Shown in pieces: positions 11,653 to 22,070 of a stretch of 39,712 nt of DNA (positions within the stretch are counted from its first letter, which is position 1; every line of letters begins with the position of its first letter). Made by a program: the position numbers and the translations under genes. The stretch comes from Salisapilia sapeloensis CBS 127946 (lineage: Eukaryota; Protista; Oomycota): contig JAADVB010000177.1 in assembly GCA_023334545.1 (NCBI GenBank), positions 1 to 39,712 of the forward strand, in the 5' to 3' direction. The notes under the pieces are model-generated. The model was not told the origin of the DNA, ran no database searches, and saw only the letters and a program-made list of their open reading frames with translations.

Positions 11653-13605
11653 ATGGCAAAGGGAGAGCAAGAGGAACGTACGTACCAGTATCAGGAGGAC
11701 CTTCCGTCCCTCCCATTGCCCCCTCTCAAGCAAACGCTTGAACGTTACATTAAAAGCTGCGAACCTCTCCTCACGCCCCAAGAGCTCGAGCACACCAAGG
11801 CAGTGTGTCATGACTTTGAGCATGGTGTGGGACAACAACTGCAGTCACTACTTCAGGAACGAGCTGATAACGAACGTAACTGGGTCAAGGAATGGTGGGA
11901 GACCTTCGCGTACCTCCAACCACGCTACCCGTGTGCCATTAACGTCAACTGGTATGGCGTTCTGCCTGGCAATTGGGGTCCGCGGGATATGAGTCAAGCT
12001 GAAGCAGCTTCCATCATGACGATTGCCGTGCTGCAATTCCGTCGAAACCTCTTAAAGTATGAATTTTATGCTCATAAAGTCAAGCGGAATCATATTAATG
12101 ATATAATTATAGCGAAAAATATCCAGTGGAGAAGATGATGGGCCAGCCTCTATGCATGCACACGTACTCTCGTATCTTCAACACGTGCATTATCCCTGGA
12201 GAAGAATGTGACGAAATGCGTCACTACGCACATGATGCCAAGCACATCATCGTCCTCCGAAACAACTGCATCTGGTCTGTCCAAGTCATTGATGACGATG
12301 GCAACGACCTCCCTCTTGCTGATATCCTCAGGTACATCCTCCCGGCCTTCACACACTCTTTTCCTACTGACATGGACATGCAATAGCCAAATCGAGGCCG
12401 TACGACAAGAAGCGACGGGACTCTTTGACCTCGAACGATACCCTCCCATCAGTGTCTTAACATCCGAAAACCGTACCAAGTGGGCTAAAGCACGTCAGCA
12501 TATCATGCAGTTGGATCCGAAGAATAAGGAGTCTTTCGAAATCGTCGAAAAAGCTCTCTTCTGCGTCGCTCTAGACGAACGCTCTCCGGCTAGTTACGAC
12601 GATGTCGCGCGCAATTGTCTCCTAGGAGACGGTCGCAACCGCTACTATGACAAACCCTTCACGCTCATTGTTCATGAAAACTCACGTGGAGGCATTAACG
12701 GCAACCACGTGTGGGCTGATGCTCTCGTCGTCGTCCGACTCTTTGACTACTGTATCAAGTATGTGAACAATAACTTCCGTTCGATCTTTGGTGATCGCAA
12801 GTCGCTACAGCCGACGCGAAATCTCAAGCCACAACGTCTTGAGTGGGAGCTAGATAATGCAGCGTACACTGCGATTGAAGTCGCTAGCGCAGCTGTCGGC
12901 AAGCTGATTCACGCCAGTGACCTCGTAACCTTAGAGTTTAACCACTACGGAGCTGACTTCCTTCGTCGATACAAGCTTACGCCTGACTTTTTCATGCAAC
13001 TAGCGATCCAGCTAGCTCACTTTAAGATGCACCAACGTGTTCCTGCTGTCTATGAAACGGCACATACGCGTATGTTCTACCACGGACGTACGGACACTAT
13101 CAGGTCGCTGACGAACGAATCGCTCGCGTTCGTTCGGACGATGGAGAGCAAGCAAGCGAGTGAAGGAGACAAGTGGACGGCTATGAAGAAGGCTATGGAT
13201 GCGCAGAAAGAGGTGCTTAAGCAGAGTCTGACTGGTAACGGCATCGATCGTCATCTCATGGGTCTCCAAATCGTCTCCGAGTTCTCTGGCATCTCGCCCA
13301 AACCGTCTTTGTTCACGGATAAGGCGTTTGAAGTGAGCAAAAAGTACCTCTTGTCCACGAGCAACATTAGTGGTGGGAAAGGAGCGAGTCCGATCTGGGG
13401 TGGCTTCTCTGCCATGTACGAGGAAGGCTATGGCGCTTGCTATGCTTTGCACTCGGACCGTATCAACGTTAGCATTTCGGCATATCACACTTGTCCAGAG
13501 ACTAGTGCGAGTGCGTTCCGACGCCACTTGGAGACGGCGTTGCTGGATATGGTCGAGCTGTGCCTGTCTCGCAATGTCATCTACCTCGGTAGCTCGAAGA
13601 TTTGA
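11653..13605 (+). CDS. Carnitine O-acyltransferase (CROT/CRAT-like), probably peroxisomal, 3 exons
   Basis: Motifs LPSLPLPPLKQTLERY, NWVKEWW, catalytic-His region GNHVWADA, YETAHTRMFYHGRTDTIRS, GIDRHLMGL and the STS carnitine-binding motif. Introns at 12057-12112 and about 12332-12387. C-terminus is -SKI. Confidence 0.93.
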
Positions 13606-13715
13606 GCAGCACCTTTATACTTGCATGCAATCGGAATGGAGATGGAATTTGGCATATACGAGTCTTGGTCGTTTGTTGTGTATCTATCTTTAGTCGTTTC
13701 GTTATTTGGAAGACC

Positions 13716-14393
13716 ATGGGACGGATTAAAGTACGCGTCTTCACACTTCCATCGAATCCTCGAAAGCAGAACTCGTACGTCGTTGGAACAGTTGAGGTAA
13801 ACTTGATACTTGTAGTTGGATTTGGTGGAGTTGACAGTGAAACGGTAGGGTGGCTTGACACAACCGATTGGAACGGTCCGGATTGACGATGAAGACATGG
13901 AGAGTATGACGTTTAAGAATATTCGACCGTACATTGAGTGCAAGGAAGAGAAGAGCTATACAAGGTACGCCTTTAATGTCGTAGACTACTGAAGTAGGGT
14001 ACTCTAGCGTTTGTAGACGGTCACCTCTGTTTCAAGAGATTCTAGTCATGATGGAAACATGTGCGAACCCATTTCAGCTACGTGGAAGAGCTTCTAGATC
14101 ATATGGCTTTGGATACTATGCTGATGTCGACCAAGACGTGCCTTATTATATCCAAGTATGCTTACTACCTTTGTATACTTGTTCTACATCTTATAGAATG
14201 TTTTGCATAGCCATGTGATGAAGTGAAGACACTTGCTACGTTTATGAATATGACGACGACAGAGTTGCCTGGAGACCTAATTGTTATTCCACACACTCAA
14301 ATAGGTCCTGGATGTCACAAATGTTGCGATGGATGTCCTACCTGCTATGCTGCAATGCCAAAAGTTCAATCAACAACGTTACAATTGGAATAA
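13716..14393 (+). CDS. Hypothetical protein (172 aa), 4 exons, absent from the ORF track
   Basis: Exons 13716-13796, 13849-13964, 14017-14155 and 14211-14393 are joined by GT-AG introns of 52, 52 and 55 nt. The phases are consistent and the total is 519 nt. Confidence 0.75.
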
Positions 14394-14413
14394 GAAGCCT
14401 AGTAGAAAAGAGT

Positions 14414-14752
14414 TTATTGCTTATCCGAAGACTTGTCACCAACGACTTTCGTGTTACTTGTATGCGTGCTGTCTAGCTTGGATGATGGCAATCGAACACT
14501 ACGACCTAGTTCAACATCCCACTTCATGTCGGAAGGGTTCAAACCAGCATACATGGCCAACTCTTCCACGCCACTTCGAGCTGCATACACTTTGTTCTGG
14601 ATCGCCTTTGGATCCGTCAGCTCCTTATTCTCTTTAAACTCGAGCTTAATGTCCCGCACAATTGCATCTCGCTTTACACTCGGATACCTCTTGCCTAACT
14701 TGAGTAGCTGTCGATAGAGGAATATAACCTCGCGCTTGTCTACTGCCGCCAT
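14414..14752 (-). CDS. LYR-motif (Complex1_LYR) mitochondrial protein
   Basis: VIFLYRQLLKLGKRYP...IKLEFKENK matches the LYR...F pattern. Confidence 0.88.
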   Translation of the reverse strand: MAAVDKREVIFLYRQLLKLGKRYPSVKRDAIVRDIKLEFKENKELTDPKAIQNKVYAARSGVEELAMYAGLNPSDMKWDVELGRSVRLPSSKLDSTHTSNTKVVGDKSSDKQ

Positions 14753-14788
14753 AATGCTTGTCAAAACTTCTTGTCACCTGCCGCCTCG

Positions 14789-14797
14789 GATTGGCTG
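14789..14797. promoter_or_regulatory. CCAAT box (GATTGGCTG) in the divergent LYR/RNF10 promoter
   Basis: Matches the GATTGGCTG core of the CCAAT element described in Phytophthora promoters. It lies in the 200-bp gap between two divergent start codons. Confidence 0.5.
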
Positions 14798-14952
14798 AAA
14801 AAGCGTGAATCTTCTCCTATTTTACACCCTCAAGTCTAAATATACGTATCGAATCTTCACTCTTCGAAAGCACGTGCGAGTACCAAGAGCTCAGCTAGGA
14901 CGTGTGTGTGCGTCCAACTACATTTTCATATACTATATCTCCTACGTCAGTT

Positions 14953-16889
14953 ATGAGGTAACTTTCTGCATTGTATTTGCAGCTAGATAGATCTCAGTAG
15001 CGTATTGATTGGATGAATTGATAGCAATTCCGGTCGATCTCGTCGTGGCGCAGGTAACAAGAAGGATCGAATGCGTAACGACGATATGCTCGAGACTCGT
15101 GTGCCTCGACATGGTATCTCTGCCAACCACTTGCTCAATTTCTCATTACCAGAGCGTGAAAAGCATCCGACGCATGACGTACGACGGAACAAGAAACCAG
15201 TGCAGTCCCGTACCCAAGGCGATTTTCTTCAAGCCAAGTACTTGTTGCATCGTATTTGTATCAATTCTATAGTAAACTAACTCGTATCATAGCTTTCGTT
15301 TCGTAGTAGCACCCATGGATGCTGATAATGAGACTGTATTCGCGGATATTGATACTCTCGCCGACTGTATATATTCCATGTCTTCGATCCATCACGACAT
15401 AAACTCATCCAATGTGTAGGGATGAAGGTAGAGCAGGTACTTGTTTGGTATGACGAGAATGAGCGACTGGATTGCCCCATTTGCCTCGATACCTTCCGTG
15501 TACCGAAGATTACTCGCTGTGGACACATCTTCTGGTACGTCCACCCGTCTCATCTACTGTCATCCTACCTATTCACACTTTATCTTCAATAGTTGGCCTT
15601 GTATCCTTCGTTACTTGTCTCTATCTGAAAAGTACTGGCGACGTTGTCCAATGTGTTTCGAATCTGTGCAAAAAAGTCAATTGCGAAGTGTCCACGTGGA
15701 CCAGGTCCGGTTGCCACCAAAAGTAGGCGACACAGTATCCTTCCAGTACATCCAACGCCTTCGATCCAGTCTCTTTCCACACGTACCGTACGCATTGAAC
15801 ACTCGTTCGAATTTACATCGTCCTCCGAGTGTCCATGACTCGGATGTCAAGTACTCTCGAGTCGTCGAAGCAACATCCGAGTCACTTTCGAACTTGGTCT
15901 TGTCTGAAATGCAGCAACTACAGGAGATGGATACGGAAGCACGTAGTTGTGGAGAGACCGAGTCGCTGCCTTTTATCACAGAAGCCATGCAGGCGACGTC
16001 CCAGCGTCTGAACAACCTTCCTTCGCCGCAATATTCTAGCAGTAGCAATACGACAGGAGACACGTACTCTTTCTATCAACTAATCAATGGATGCTACGTC
16101 ATCCTTCATCCTTTGAATATGAAATGTCTTCAGATGGAACATCAAGGTGAAAAGACATCGAATCATGTCTTGGAAGCATGGGCTCAAGACGCATCTACTT
16201 GCGACGGTATGCCATCTCAGGTATCTGGGAAAGTCATTGACGTCGAGCACTTTGTCATGGAAGATGAAGTGGAAAAACGTTTTCGATTTCTTGCACATTG
16301 GCCGAAACTATGTGACTTTTACGTCTGTGAAATTGATTTAAGTGACAGTCTATCACCATCAACGTTATCTGCATTCCATTCGGAGCTGAAGAAACGGCAG
16401 AGCCATCGGAAACGAAAGCAGCATGCTGAGAATAAGCGGATAAGTGAGAGGAAAGCAATGCAGGCAGCGCCTGCTTTTCAGCATAACTATGAAAGCTTTA
16501 CGTTGGAAGGTGATGAGATGCTATGGCCATCTCCGTCGGAAATGTCGTCTTCTAGGACTGACGAAACGGAGGAAGCTGCACCTGCATCGGCGTCTGCGAT
16601 GGAATCGCCGTCCATGATGCCGAGCTCGCCTCCGTTGACAGGGGAAGAAGGATCCTTTGCCAATGTCACGAGGAACTTTGGCTACTTTCCTCGACTGGAT
16701 GGACACGAGTATCCCTCACTTGGGGATAATGCTTCGTCTGAGACGCCTAGAGCGTGGGGCAGTCCGCCGATGTCGGCTGCAAGTCCACCGCTGTTTGCCA
16801 CTAGTGGCTCAAAGCAGGGAAAGAAGGGAAAGAAAGGGAAAAAGGGTGTATCGCTCTTTTCTACAGCGCAGCAGCGTTCGTATCGGTAG
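14953..16889 (+). CDS. RNF10: RNF10/Mag2-like C3HC4 RING E3 ligase, 5 exons
   Basis: ANHLLNFSLP, QA|NFRFVV, spliced RING CPICLDTFRVPKITRCGHIFC|WPCILRYLSLSEKYWRRCPMC, LHPLNMKCL, RFRFLAHWP and a KKGKKGKKGVSLFST tail. The first coding exon appears to be ATGAG at 14953-14957. Confidence 0.9.
16812..16847 (+). repeat. Imperfect 9-bp coding repeat (KQG-KKG-KKG-KKG)
   Basis: aagcaggga aagaaggga aagaaaggga aaaagggt, read directly from the sequence. Confidence 0.7.
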
Positions 16890-18672
16890 TCTATCTGTAT
16901 AATCAGATCGTTTAGCTGCACTGCGACAAGATCATAGTCTACGAAATACACTGCTTTGTTCACTAGAAGCTCATATAGTATATAGCTCCATTCATAGCAG
17001 ACAGCAAGGCTGTCGGGAAGGTACTACTGCTATAAAAGTTTGAGTTGATGATCACATGTGAGCATAAGTAGAGCTGATCTCCTTCATCGACAAAAACTAA
17101 TAAGACATAGCCACCTAGCTTTCAATTAGTAGCTTGATCTAGTAATTCATGTGTAGACCGGCAAGACTACTAGCTGCTCACTTGTATGAATCTTGGTGCG
17201 ATGAACTTCGCGGAATGAGACAAGATGTACAGTATAACTTGTTGATATGTTTTACCACTTCTTCAATCTAAGGAGGCTATGTTACTCTATTATCAGCATT
17301 AATGATGCCATCACAGAGACCAGACACCAAGTTCAGTCGCTCCGTTCACAAGTAAAGAAGCGAATCCACTCTCAACATTATAAGCCGAGATCTTACCGCA
17401 CTTCCATTTGGTCGTGTGGCTGCGTAACCTTGGACCGCTAGTCTTAAATAGGCATTCAAATAGGCTTAGTTTGGCGGTATTTTCAAGCAAGCACGGCATG
17501 GTAACGACAGTGGTCAGCAACAAGATAATCACAGTATCCTAGGACAGCAGAGATCGAGTCAAAACTCAATTTGAAGCGCGATTTTACCACATTATGCAAG
17601 ACTGGGCCGACTTAGGAAGCACTCCAACCTACTATGATGTCTTTAAAGGCATGCATGATCATGACAGGTACACTAGCACAAGGCATGTTCATGAATGGAT
17701 GAGTACCATCCAAAGACGTGCCCATCTTCATCCATCATTTCCAAAGTTTGCCATACTTTTGCATCTTTCGGCTCAGGTCTATTGTTTAGCTCATTGTAAA
17801 GTATCATGATATAGAAATGAGGCTGTCCATCTTCACAAGTAAGCACGACTTAAGAGCAGTATTTGCTTAATGCGTTTTAGACTTATCATCAAAAAAGGAT
17901 CTCACATCGGTACTGACTCTGCAGTCTCTTCGCTATCACAACAGAGATATCAACAATTATGCCCATTCGGATACTTCTTTAAGTACAGGTTTAAGTAAAG
18001 CAATCAAGATCTAGCTCGCACGAGTTGGTTCTTTGGACCACCACACTGAAATTATGAAGTCGTTGTAGAGCTACCATCGTTCAGTATCCACAAATAATCT
18101 GTTGTGGAAAGTCTATGATAACAATCAGAACATGGTTAGCTGCATATTAGATAGCCTTATTGCCGATTGATGCCATAAATGCCGCCACTCTTCTGTAAAA
18201 AGTATTTAGCGATGATGGCTAAAGCATGGATTAATCAAATCTGGAATCAATGATTTCGTGATGGTTTTGATGCGTATTAATAGCAAAGTCGTACTTGACA
18301 TTCCGCGCATCCTTGAAGACTGGTCGAATGTAATTATCTCAAGGCTTCCATTTCGGGAGGTGTGGAAGCACGCGACTTTGCCAATTGCTAACGACCACTA
18401 CTCCTTATCATTATTTCACCCGAGCTCGCATATACCTTTAAAATGCACTTTGAAATCACTAGAATAGGCTAAGCAGATAGATACTTGGAAAGATAAACTA
18501 GTAACAGTTGTAGAGCATGCAGCATTGACAAGGAAGTCGACGAGCAAAAATACATCTTCAAGAACATCATTGCGAGATACGTCTGATTAAAGTCCATTAG
18601 CAACAACAGATGATGACATCGCGCAGCAATGCTCTAAGCCTGTGCTTCCGACCGATCCTGTCGATTCAACTA

Positions 18673-18688
18673 TCACTTCTCGTTTTGC
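18673..18688 (+). promoter_or_regulatory. Oomycete initiator-like (INR/FPR-like) element upstream of GH30
   Basis: TCACTTC-TCG-TTTTGC lies 14 nt before the ATG. It matches INR YCAYTYY, with an imperfect FPR-like part. Confidence 0.4.
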
Positions 18689-18701
18689 TGTGGCTCTCAA
18701 G

Positions 18702-20315
18702 ATGCAGGTGTTTCCTCCTTTCCTCGTCGTAGCAAGCCTACTCGCTTATGAAGCCACGGCGGAGTGCTCCAGCTGGTCTGATCGCTTCCAAACCGACTTG
18801 GATGGCGTATGCGTTTGCACCGAAGAGAATTGCGACTTCCTGCCGTCCGATCACAAGAACCTATCACCAGGCAAAGTCGGCGTTTACAGTACGACGAAGA
18901 GTGGTGATCGGCTTAAGTATGACGAAGTTTCCATTGCCAGTGGAAACTCAGCGTCCGCCGACTTTGTAATCGATGTGTCTACCAAATACCAAGAGATTAT
19001 TGGCTTTGGCGGTGGCTTCACAGACGCAGCTACCGATAACATCTACACGCTGACGGAGACGTTACAGTCTAAAGTGATTGATGCCTACTTCTCCAATGAC
19101 GGCATCGGGTACAGTCTTGGCCGCGTCCCGATTGCATCCACTGACTTTTCGACGTACATCTACTCGTACAATGACGTCGTTGATGACTTTGAGATGGAAA
19201 ACTTCTCCATCGATGTTGATCGGGAGCCAGGTTCCCACAAACTGACGCTACTCAAGAGAGCGCTGGAAGTGCAACCTGACATGAAGCTCTTTGCATCTTC
19301 TTGGGCGCCTCCTGCGTGGATGACTCGGGAAAACTCCACTCTAAACTGCCATTTGAAAGGCGAACCTGGTAACGGAGAGTACTGGGAGGCACTAGCTCTT
19401 TACTACTCCAAGTTCTTTGATGCGTACAAAGAGGAAGGCATTTCCTTCTGGGGCATGACCGTTCAAAATGAGCCGACGATGTTGGCTGAGTTGAATGCAT
19501 GGCAAAGCCTGCGTCTGACCGTGGAAGAAGAGCGTGACTTTATCAAGTACCATCTCGGTCCGATGATGCAGAAGAATCACCCTGGATTGAAAATCATTGC
19601 TCATGACGATCAAAAGGGTATCATTGACACTCGAATGGGTATCTTTGAAGATGAAGAAGCGCTGCAGTACATCAACGGACTGGGCGTCCACTGGTACCTG
19701 ACCTTGGACTACATCAGTCCCGATGCCGGTAGCTTTGATGTCCTCAAGTCTTTCCATGAATCTTATCCCGATCTCTTTATCCTTGGTACGGAGGCTTGCG
19801 AAGGTGCTGTGCCAAACGGAGTAGGCACTGGAGCCGGTGTGAAGATCACGGACCCTGACATCATTTGGCGCCGTGGTGAAATCATTGCGCAAGACATTCT
19901 CGGCGATCTGAATGCCTTTGCAAGTGGCTGGACGGACTGGAACCTAGTACTGACATCCAGTGGTGGATACTCATGGGCTGACAACAACGTCGACGCTATG
20001 ATCCTCATCGACGAGGATAGTGGAAAGGAATGCTACTTCCAGCCCATGTACTTCATCATGTGGCACATCGCCAAGTTCGTACCTGCTGGATCGAGACGGA
20101 TTGCGCTGACTGCTACGGAAGATTCATGGGAGAATGTCGTATACACTGCATTCGTAACACCGGACAGCAGCGTCGTTGCACTCTTCCTGAACCATGGTGA
20201 TGCAGATGAGTCCATCGGTCTCCAAGTTCCAGGTGGTAACGTCATGCCGTTGGATTTGCCTGGACACTCGATGAAGACGGTTATTTTGCCGACAGAGTTA
20301 GGTGGACACTGCTAA
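18702..20315 (+). CDS. Secreted glycoside hydrolase family 30 (glucosylceramidase / beta-glucanase-like)
   Basis: Signal peptide MQVFPPFLVVASLLAYEATA. Motifs QEIIGFGGGFTD, GRVPIASTDFS, ASSWAPPAWM, acid/base VQNEP, nucleophile GTEAC and GWTDWNL. Confidence 0.95.
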   Translation: MQVFPPFLVVASLLAYEATAECSSWSDRFQTDLDGVCVCTEENCDFLPSDHKNLSPGKVGVYSTTKSGDRLKYDEVSIASGNSASADFVIDVSTKYQEIIGFGGGFTDAATDNIYTLTETLQSKVIDAYFSNDGIGYSLGRVPIASTDFSTYIYSYNDVVDDFEMENFSIDVDREPGSHKLTLLKRALEVQPDMKLFASSWAPPAWMTRENSTLNCHLKGEPGNGEYWEALALYYSKFFDAYKEEGISFWGMTVQNEPTMLAELNAWQSLRLTVEEERDFIKYHLGPMMQKNHPGLKIIAHDDQKGIIDTRMGIFEDEEALQYINGLGVHWYLTLDYISPDAGSFDVLKSFHESYPDLFILGTEACEGAVPNGVGTGAGVKITDPDIIWRRGEIIAQDILGDLNAFASGWTDWNLVLTSSGGYSWADNNVDAMILIDEDSGKECYFQPMYFIMWHIAKFVPAGSRRIALTATEDSWENVVYTAFVTPDSSVVALFLNHGDADESIGLQVPGGNVMPLDLPGHSMKTVILPTELGGHC

Positions 20316-20497
20316 GTGTAGGAAATGGGTAATTCAATTCAAGAGATTCAAAAAGATTGGAGCATGAAAGAGGGAGTGAAGAGGATATTGTAGCCATACA
20401 TTTGAGTATTATTGAAGTAGAGGATCGAATCTCCACACGTGTCGACAGACGAAACGGACTGAAGAACGACAAATCTTGGGTTCACGTAGTAGTGACA

Positions 20498-22009
20498 ATG
20501 CCGGATGACAGGAGCTCGTTACTGGGTAGACAGTCATCATCGCTCCCAGCGCGATTGATGCAGGTTGTGAAAGAGGTATTCACCATTGCGCTCTGTTCAT
20601 TTGGTGGACCACCAGTGCACGTTAGTCTCGCCCACGAACGCTTCGTCCGTACGATTGAATGTGATCAAAAATTCTGTCACTAGATCCTTTGACCGTCCGA
20701 TATGCTACAGGTAAGCTTGGCTGGCTCTCTGATGACCGCTTAATGGAACTCTTCTCCATTGCATCAGCAATTCCAGGACCCTCTTCTTCCCAGGTCCATA
20801 GCATGCACTTCTATATAAATAACATACTGTCTGAACTAAGCACGCTGTAGCTCATCACTTCCATTGGTTTAACACATGCGGGACCTATCGGTGGCGTGCT
20901 TGCCATTATCACTTGGATCATTCCAGGATGGGTCATCATGACGATACTAGGCATGGGCGCCAAAACTTTTCTCCTTGGTATTCTCCAATCTGCAATCGGA
21001 CACTTGGAGTTTATGAAGACTAAAGCATTCTCTTAGGCGATATCCCTGACTGGTTGGGCGGCTTAGCTCCAGCTGCCGTCTCGCTCATTGTCATCGCAAG
21101 CGTGCGTCTGTGGAAGAAAGTTTGTGGTGATGACACAGCCCGGTGCTTCGTTGCTGCTACCGCAGCTTTTGCCATCATTGTCGCTCACCGATCGACTTCC
21201 TTTATTTATCCGATCGTTTTGGGATCCGGTGGACTGATCATTCTAGCTGCACACCACACCGGATACTCGAGTTCCAGTGAATCGTCAACGCCACGACTTT
21301 CGCAACGTTCCCATAGGTGGTCTTTACTTCCTTGTGAAGTGGTTACTGCATTCCTAATAACTCTTTTATGCACAGACACATTGGCATCAGCCCACTCGCG
21401 GGAATTTTAATTCTCATTGCATGGTTTGCTGTGCTCGTCCTCCTCGCCTTTTATCGTCCACAAGATAACGGACGTGACCTCACCTCTCTCTTCTTTTCCT
21501 TGTACTGGATCGGCTCCATTGTCTTTGGTGGCGGACACGTGGTGCTGCCAATGCTCTTAACAGAGATCGTCAACCAAGGCTGGATGACCAAATCTCAATT
21601 CTTGGCCGGCTTCGCCATCATTCAACTTATCCCAGGGCCTCTTTTTAACATCTCGACATACATTGGAGCAGTAGCGTTCGGACCTGTTGGTGCTCTCGCT
21701 TGTGTATGTGGTCTCTTTGGACCAGGCATCTTGCTATTCTTTGGTCTACTGCCACTGTGGGATCACGTGCGTGGTAACCAGCAGTTGCAAATCTTCTTAA
21801 GCGGTGTCAATGCCGCTGCTGTCGGACTTGTCATTGCATCCTTCTTCTTGCTGTGGCGCAAGACAATGGACACGGATGCAGCAGCCGCTATCGCACTCGT
21901 CTCTGGCCTGTCCGCTGGTGTCTTCGACGTTCCTGGCCCCATGGCGATTCTCTTAGGGGTATTCATTGGACTTGGTTTTAGTCCAAGTCTTTTTACTATC
22001 GGTCATTAG
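20498..22009 (+). CDS. chrA: Long-chain CHR family chromate ion transporter, 5 exons
   Basis: Two homologous halves: SFGGPPVHVS...WLSDDRLMELFSIASAIPGPSSSQ and VFGGGHVVLPML...WMTKSQFLAGFAIIQLIPGPLFN. Four GT-AG introns restore one frame. Confidence 0.9.
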
Positions 22010-22070
22010 AAGCAAGCGCATAAGTAAGATGTTCAGTGAAATGAACGCAACATGATCGATTCACTTGGTG

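Noticed and set aside
13581-13943. 120-aa minus-strand ORF
   Set aside because: It overlaps the acyltransferase stop and is antisense to the better-supported 4-exon plus-strand gene.
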